From contig NC_057718.1 of assembly GCF_004010195.1 (NCBI RefSeq), positions 9,364,826 through 9,420,152 of the forward strand: DNA of 55,327 nt. The letters run 5' to 3'. Source of the DNA: Chiloscyllium plagiosum (Eukaryota). Position numbers and translations under genes: made by a program. The notes beneath the pieces were generated by a model, which saw only the letters and a program-made list of their open reading frames with translations, had not been told where the DNA came from and searched no databases. Positions 50,417 to 55,327 of the stretch are shown here, piece by piece. The stretch's first letter is position 1, and the number at the start of each line of letters is the position of its first letter.

Positions 50417-51110
50417 TGCACCATTTTTCAAGGCCTTCCACCTCCCATCTGTAGTCTGTTTCATCGCTATCTGAGATTCAACCAACTATGATGGCGAACT
50501 TGTAAATGGCATTACTCTAGGATTTGGCAACGCAGTCATGGGTATACAGTGAGTACAGTAGGGGGCTGAGTACAGTTTAATACTCAGTCTCGAGGGGATA
50601 ATAGTATTGAAGGCTGAACTATAGTCAATGAGTAGGATTCATACCTAGCTGTTCTTGGTGTCAAGATGTTCTAGGGAGGAGTGAATGGATGGCAAGTGAT
50701 ATGGCATCTGACGTGGATCTATTGGTCCGATAGGCAAATTGGTATGGGTCAAGAGTTGTGGGGAGACTGGAGTTGATTAATGCCGTGACCAGCCTTTCAA
50801 AGCACCTCATGACCACCGACGTTAGGCCCACTGGGCGGTAGTCATTGAGACATGCTGCATGAGCCTTCTTAGGCACAGGGATGATGTTGGCCCATGATGT
50901 TGGAACAGGCAGGGACAGTGGCCTGCTACAGGGAGAGGTTGAAGATGTCTGAGAAGATCCCTGCCAGTTGATCTGCACATGCTCTGAGTGCACGGCCTGG
51001 TCCTCTTGTCTGGTCCCATCGCTTTCCTTGGATGCACACGAAGGAAAACTGATCTGACCTTGGATGCAGTGACTGTTGGGATCTGTATCTTTGCCAATGG
51101 TGCCTGAAAT
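50417..51110 (-). mobile_element. Rex1/Babar RT fragment, inverted
   Basis: [35 protein letters not shown]...[18 protein letters not shown], and VLSPLLYSLYTHDC at 50417-50572. Confidence 0.8.
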
Positions 51111-51450
51111 TGAGCACAATGATCCAGTTCAGGCCAGTGTTTTGCAAAGGTTCAATGTAATTTTTTTGCCTTTGTACTCAATGCTTCTATTTATAAATCC
51201 AAAGTTTTTGTACACCCTGTTAACCATTGATTAGCCAGTAGTAACTTGCTGAACTTTCATTCTTATGCAATAGTAATAGGGTCGGCCATCTTTCCCCCAT
51301 AACCCTTTTATTTCTTCCTCTTCATTTGATATCATTTAGTCATTTTTTCTAATCTTTCCTTAAACAGTAGCATTCTGTAGCCCTTTCACCTACAGTCTCC
51401 TGATCTTTGAACACTGCCCACTTACATAGATGACCAGTTAAGAGGATTGG

Positions 51451-51650
51451 CATGGAGGTGCCAGCGTTGGACTGGGGTGAACAAAGTCAAAAGTTACATG
51501 ACACCAGGTTATAGTCCAACAGGTTCATTTGAAATCACAAGTTTTCGGAGCACTTGACTTCACCTGACGAAGGAACAGCACTCCGAAAGCTTGTGATTAA
51601 AAATAAACCTGTTGGACTATAACTTGACCTTGTGAGACTCCTGACTTTGG
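51451..51650. mobile_element. Fold-back PLE-terminus insertion (family C)
   Basis: Inverted arms gttatagtccaacaggtt.attt / aaataaacctgttggactataac. Confidence 0.75.
51560..51596 (+). ncRNA. Type I hammerhead ribozyme motif (family C)
   Basis: UCAC-CUGACGA-A-GGA-ACAGCAC-UCC-GAAA-GCUU-GUGA: stem I UCAC/GUGA, stem II GGA/UCC, palindromic AAGCUU stem III. Confidence 0.7.
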
Positions 51651-52009
51651 AGTGTAGTGTTTAATGCCCATTGGGTTGTCTATTGCAGCTTCAGATTGCT
51701 GGCTACGATTGGGCTATGCTATTTGGTGAAATAACATCTTATTTTATGACCCAAGCATTAGTTTAAGAAGTCTTATACTTAAAAGTGTTAGAACATTATT
51801 GCCGTAACCGAACGTTGAAATATTACTCTTGAGCTAACAGCCAGCCAGAGATTGTGAAAGGAATTTCAGTTTAATGCTCAGGTGCAACAGGTCTAACCTT
51901 CTGTGAAAGAAATTGCTTGGTTTACACGTCTCTTTTAATTTTTAAAATGAAATTAAAAATATGCCCCTTAATCTTCACAGAAGAGGACTTAGATCTTGTG
52001 TAGGTTGGG

Positions 52010-52490
52010 GTCAGAATTAGAATGGTGCTGGAAAAGCACAGCAGGCCAGGCAGCATCTGAGGAGCAGGAAAAAAATCAAAGCTTTGGGCAAAAGCCTTTC
52101 ATCAGGAATGGGCCTGTGCTCATTGGAATTTAGAAGAATAAGAGGCAGCCATACTGAAACAGATTCTTCGAGGACTTCTCAGGAGAGATGAGGAGAGATT
52201 GTTTCCCCTAGCTGGAGAGTCCAGGACCAAAGGGCATAATTTCAGAGTAAAGGGTTGACACTTTTAAAACAGAGATGGGGAGGATTTTATTCTCTCAGAG
52301 GGCTGTTGAGGCCCAGTCATTAAGTACATTGAAGGCTGAGATAGAGGAGATTTTTAATCAATACAGAAATCAAGGGTTGGAGAGAAAATGCAGGCGAGTG
52401 GAGTTGAGCATTATCAGGGTGGGCAGAATCTCATTGAATAGTGGAGCAGACCTGATGGGCTGAATGGCCTACATCCGCTCCTTTGTCTTA
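52010..52490. mobile_element. PLE family A fragment (52010-52110, -) followed by a CR1 3' fragment (+)
   Basis: Family signatures; CR1 tail gggctgaatggcctacatccgctcct. Confidence 0.7.
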
Positions 52491-52871
52491 ATGTCCTCTA
52501 ATTCTGGCCTCTGGAGCACATCATGATTTACTTCTTTTTTCCAAAAGGGTACGTTTTATCATAAAATTCATAATAAAAAAATTAACCACAAAACATTTCG
52601 AAACTTGAATATAACAGAACTTGCAATAACACACAACAGCATGTTCCACTCATTGGTCTGACAATAGTCTTAATATTTACAATGCACATGCCATATCAGG
52701 TCTACAGGCTGAGGGGAAAACATTTCAAATTGGAAATCAGATATAAACGTTTCTCTATGCACCACATTCAACTCTGAGGTGCCTTAGTGCATGTTCGATA
52801 TACCCTTGATCTCCACAATGTACATTCTATGCAAGATACATAACCACTCAATTGGTGGCTATGTCTTTGAG

Positions 52872-53068
52872 GAGAAAGTGAGGACTGCAGATGCTGGAGA
52901 TCAGAGCTGAAAATGTTTTGCTGGAAAAGCGCAGCAGGTCAGGCAGCATCCAAGGAGCAGGAGAATCGACGTTTCGGGCCTTCTTCAGGAGGGCTCATGC
53001 CCGAAACATCGATTCTCCTGCTCCTTGGATGCTGCCTGACCTGCTGCGCGTTTCCAGCAACACATTTT
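52872..53068. mobile_element. Young fold-back PLE-terminus insertion (family A)
   Basis: Near-perfect ~70-bp inverted arms; perfect 16-bp TSD tggctatgtctttgag (52856-52871, 53069-53084). Confidence 0.88.
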
Positions 53069-53879
53069 TGGCTATGTCTTTGAGCCCCAGCTCTCTACCC
53101 CTGTTTCCTTCTTTAAGAAGTTCCATAAATCCACCTCTGACTGGTTTTTTTGTGACTCCGTGGTTCAATGTTTACTTTATAACACTCCTGCTAACTGCTA
53201 CAGCAGGTCTGTAACATTGAATGTGCCACATAAATAGGATGAGCTTTGAACTCAGAGAAGAAATGACTAACTCATTCGAACAGATTGCGCAGCACCTTGT
53301 CCAAGTGGGATAGGAAATTCTTAATCTAAATTAAACTCTGGAAGGTGGCGTAATGTAATGGGATTGGTTGAGTTGGGGAGATGGTGGGGGGTGGGAGAGT
53401 GGAACACCTTCTGTTATGGACATAATGCTTAGTCACAACATTCTGCCTCAAGTAGTTCAAAGTTGCAAGGTTTCTTTCAACCCTAATTCAAAATCAAAAT
53501 ATTCCCTGTTTGGTAGAGGCTCAATTTTATTTGCCACTTTCCTTTCTGCAAGAAAAGCAATTTGACCCTCCCCCCCCCCCCCCCCCCACTATTGGAATTT
53601 TGCTACATTTTCTGTGTCACTTTAACATCCAGCAGCGTCAGCAAAGGCCAGTCAGTGTTTTCTGTGGAGTGTCAAATTACATGTTGATGACCTGCTGGGG
53701 GCTTGAAGTTGGCTTACCCTCCCCCCACTTGAGCCTCTTGGCAACACCAGCTCTGTGAAACTTCACAAGCCACTGCTCCTGTACAATGCAGCTGCACATT
53801 CAGTGCAGAGTCCAACACCAATAAATCCCTAGCCTCATGCTCAAAGGCAGACCTGCAGTCCCGGACGCCTTGTAGTTAA

Positions 53880-54170
53880 CATTCTCTCTGATTGCGCCAT
53901 CTCTCTCCCTTCCGTGCACTTTATCTCTTTCTCATTTTTACTTTCTTCTTCACATGCCTCTATTCTCTCTTTCCTCTTTTCCCCTTACCCTATCCTATCT
54001 CTCCTGCTCCTCCCCACTCCCTCAGTCAAGGTGTTTTCCCTCTTATCTCCCTACTTTTTACCTTGTGCTTTATCACTTTCCTTATTTCTCTTTCTCTTAA
54101 CGACCTCTCGTCTGCTTCTCTCACACTCTTTCGTTCGCTCGCCCACACGGTTGCCTTTTCTCTCCTGGTC
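53880..54170. repeat. Pyrimidine-rich (CT) low-complexity tract
   Basis: Strongly C/T-biased. Confidence 0.8.
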
Positions 54171-54502
54171 CATTGCTTAAACGCGAGGCTGCAGGGCAAG
54201 AGCATCGTTAGTCCACCTTCAGATCAGACCGGTTATAGCCCCGAGTTCCTTTATGAGGTTTGATGGTTAAGTCCAAACCAACCCAACCTGCAGGATCATC
54301 CCATGCCAGGGCAGACTGTGGGGCTCTTCACTTAGCTCCATGGTCTCATGTGAGCGGGAGAGAGAATTCATCCACAGGTCCTGCTCCCCTTGCAATTCTG
54401 ATACTCCTGCCCAAATAGAAGTAACATGGAAATGAAGAAAGTGATTGCATTCATCTTAGACGTTAACACTCTGACCAGGTCCATCATTTTTATTCTGGTG
54501 AA

Positions 54503-55000
54503 TCATGTTGAGGTTATACAAGACATCAGTAAGGCTTCCTCTGGAGTACTCTGTCCAGTTCTGGTCACCCTGCTACAGGAAGGATATTGTTAAACTGGAG
54601 AGGGTTCAGAAGAGATTTACCAGGAGGTTGCTGGGAATGGACAGTTTGCATTATAGGGAGAGGCTGGATAGGCTGGGACCTTTTTCACTGGAGTATAAGA
54701 GGTTGAGAGGTAACCTTATAGAGGTTAATAAAATCATGAGGGGGTAAAGATAAGGTGAATGGCAGGTGTGGGGAAGATGAGGGGTATATCTTTAAGGTGT
54801 GAGGAGAAAGATTGTTAAAAAGACATGAGGGGCAACATTTTACGCAGAGAGTGGTACATGTGTGGAATGAATTTCCTAAGGAAGTGGGGACAGTTACAAC
54901 ATTTAAAAAAAACATTTGGATAAGTACATGTATAAGAAAGGTTTGGAGGGATATGGACCAGGAACAGGCAGGTGGGACTGGTTTAGTTTGGAATTAAGGT
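54503..55000 (+). mobile_element. CR1 3' fragment
   Basis: MLRLYKTSVRLPLEYSVQFWSPCYRKDIVKLERVQKRFTR. Confidence 0.9.
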
Positions 55001-55080
55001 TGGCTTGGTGAAGGCAATGGCCTAGTGGTATTATCACTAGGCTGTTAATCAGAAATGCAGATGTGATGCTTTGTGGGTTA

Positions 55081-55327
55081 TAGTCATAGAGTCATAGAGA
55101 TGTACAGCATGGAAACAGACCCTTCAGTCCAACCCGTCCATGCCGACCAGATATCCCAACCTTGTAAATCTTTTCTGAACCCTTTCAAGTTTCACAACAT
55201 CTTTCCAATAGGAAGAGACCAGAATTGCACGCAATATTCCAACAGTGGCCTAACCAATGTACTGTACAGCCGCAACATGACCGCCCAACTCCTGTACTCA
55301 ATACTCTGACCAATAAAAGAAAGCATA
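55081..55327 (-). mobile_element. CR1 3' fragment with internal deletion, running off the window
   Basis: (gtcataga)n tail joined directly to a more upstream ORF2 segment at about 55160. Confidence 0.8.

Overview
Vertebrate genomic DNA that appears to come from a cartilaginous fish (shark), judged from HE1-type V-SINEs, Deu-domain SINEs and dense CR1 debris; this assignment is an inference. The only host gene I can support is CITED2 on the + strand (CDS 36292-37032), with a probable non-coding first exon, a 205-nt 5'-UTR intron and a long 3' UTR. The rest of the window is a transposon-rich gene desert. It holds the 3' part of a fairly young Tx1-clade LINE, many CR1 fragments (one with ORF1 remnants), Rex1/Babar fragments, two or three SINE families, a TA-flanked MITE and a Penelope-like (PLE) RT remnant. 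The most notable signal is about 25 short PLE-terminus insertions from at least four sequence families, many of them fold-back palindromes and several with 9-16 bp TSDs. Each family carries a minimal type I hammerhead ribozyme core (CUGANGA-stem II-GAAA-palindromic stem III) in at least one copy, and one such core sits directly at the 3' end of the Penelope RT element. There are also several long-duplication plus templated-insert scars and two assembly gaps. Repeat boundaries are approximate and family names come from pattern recognition, not database searches.
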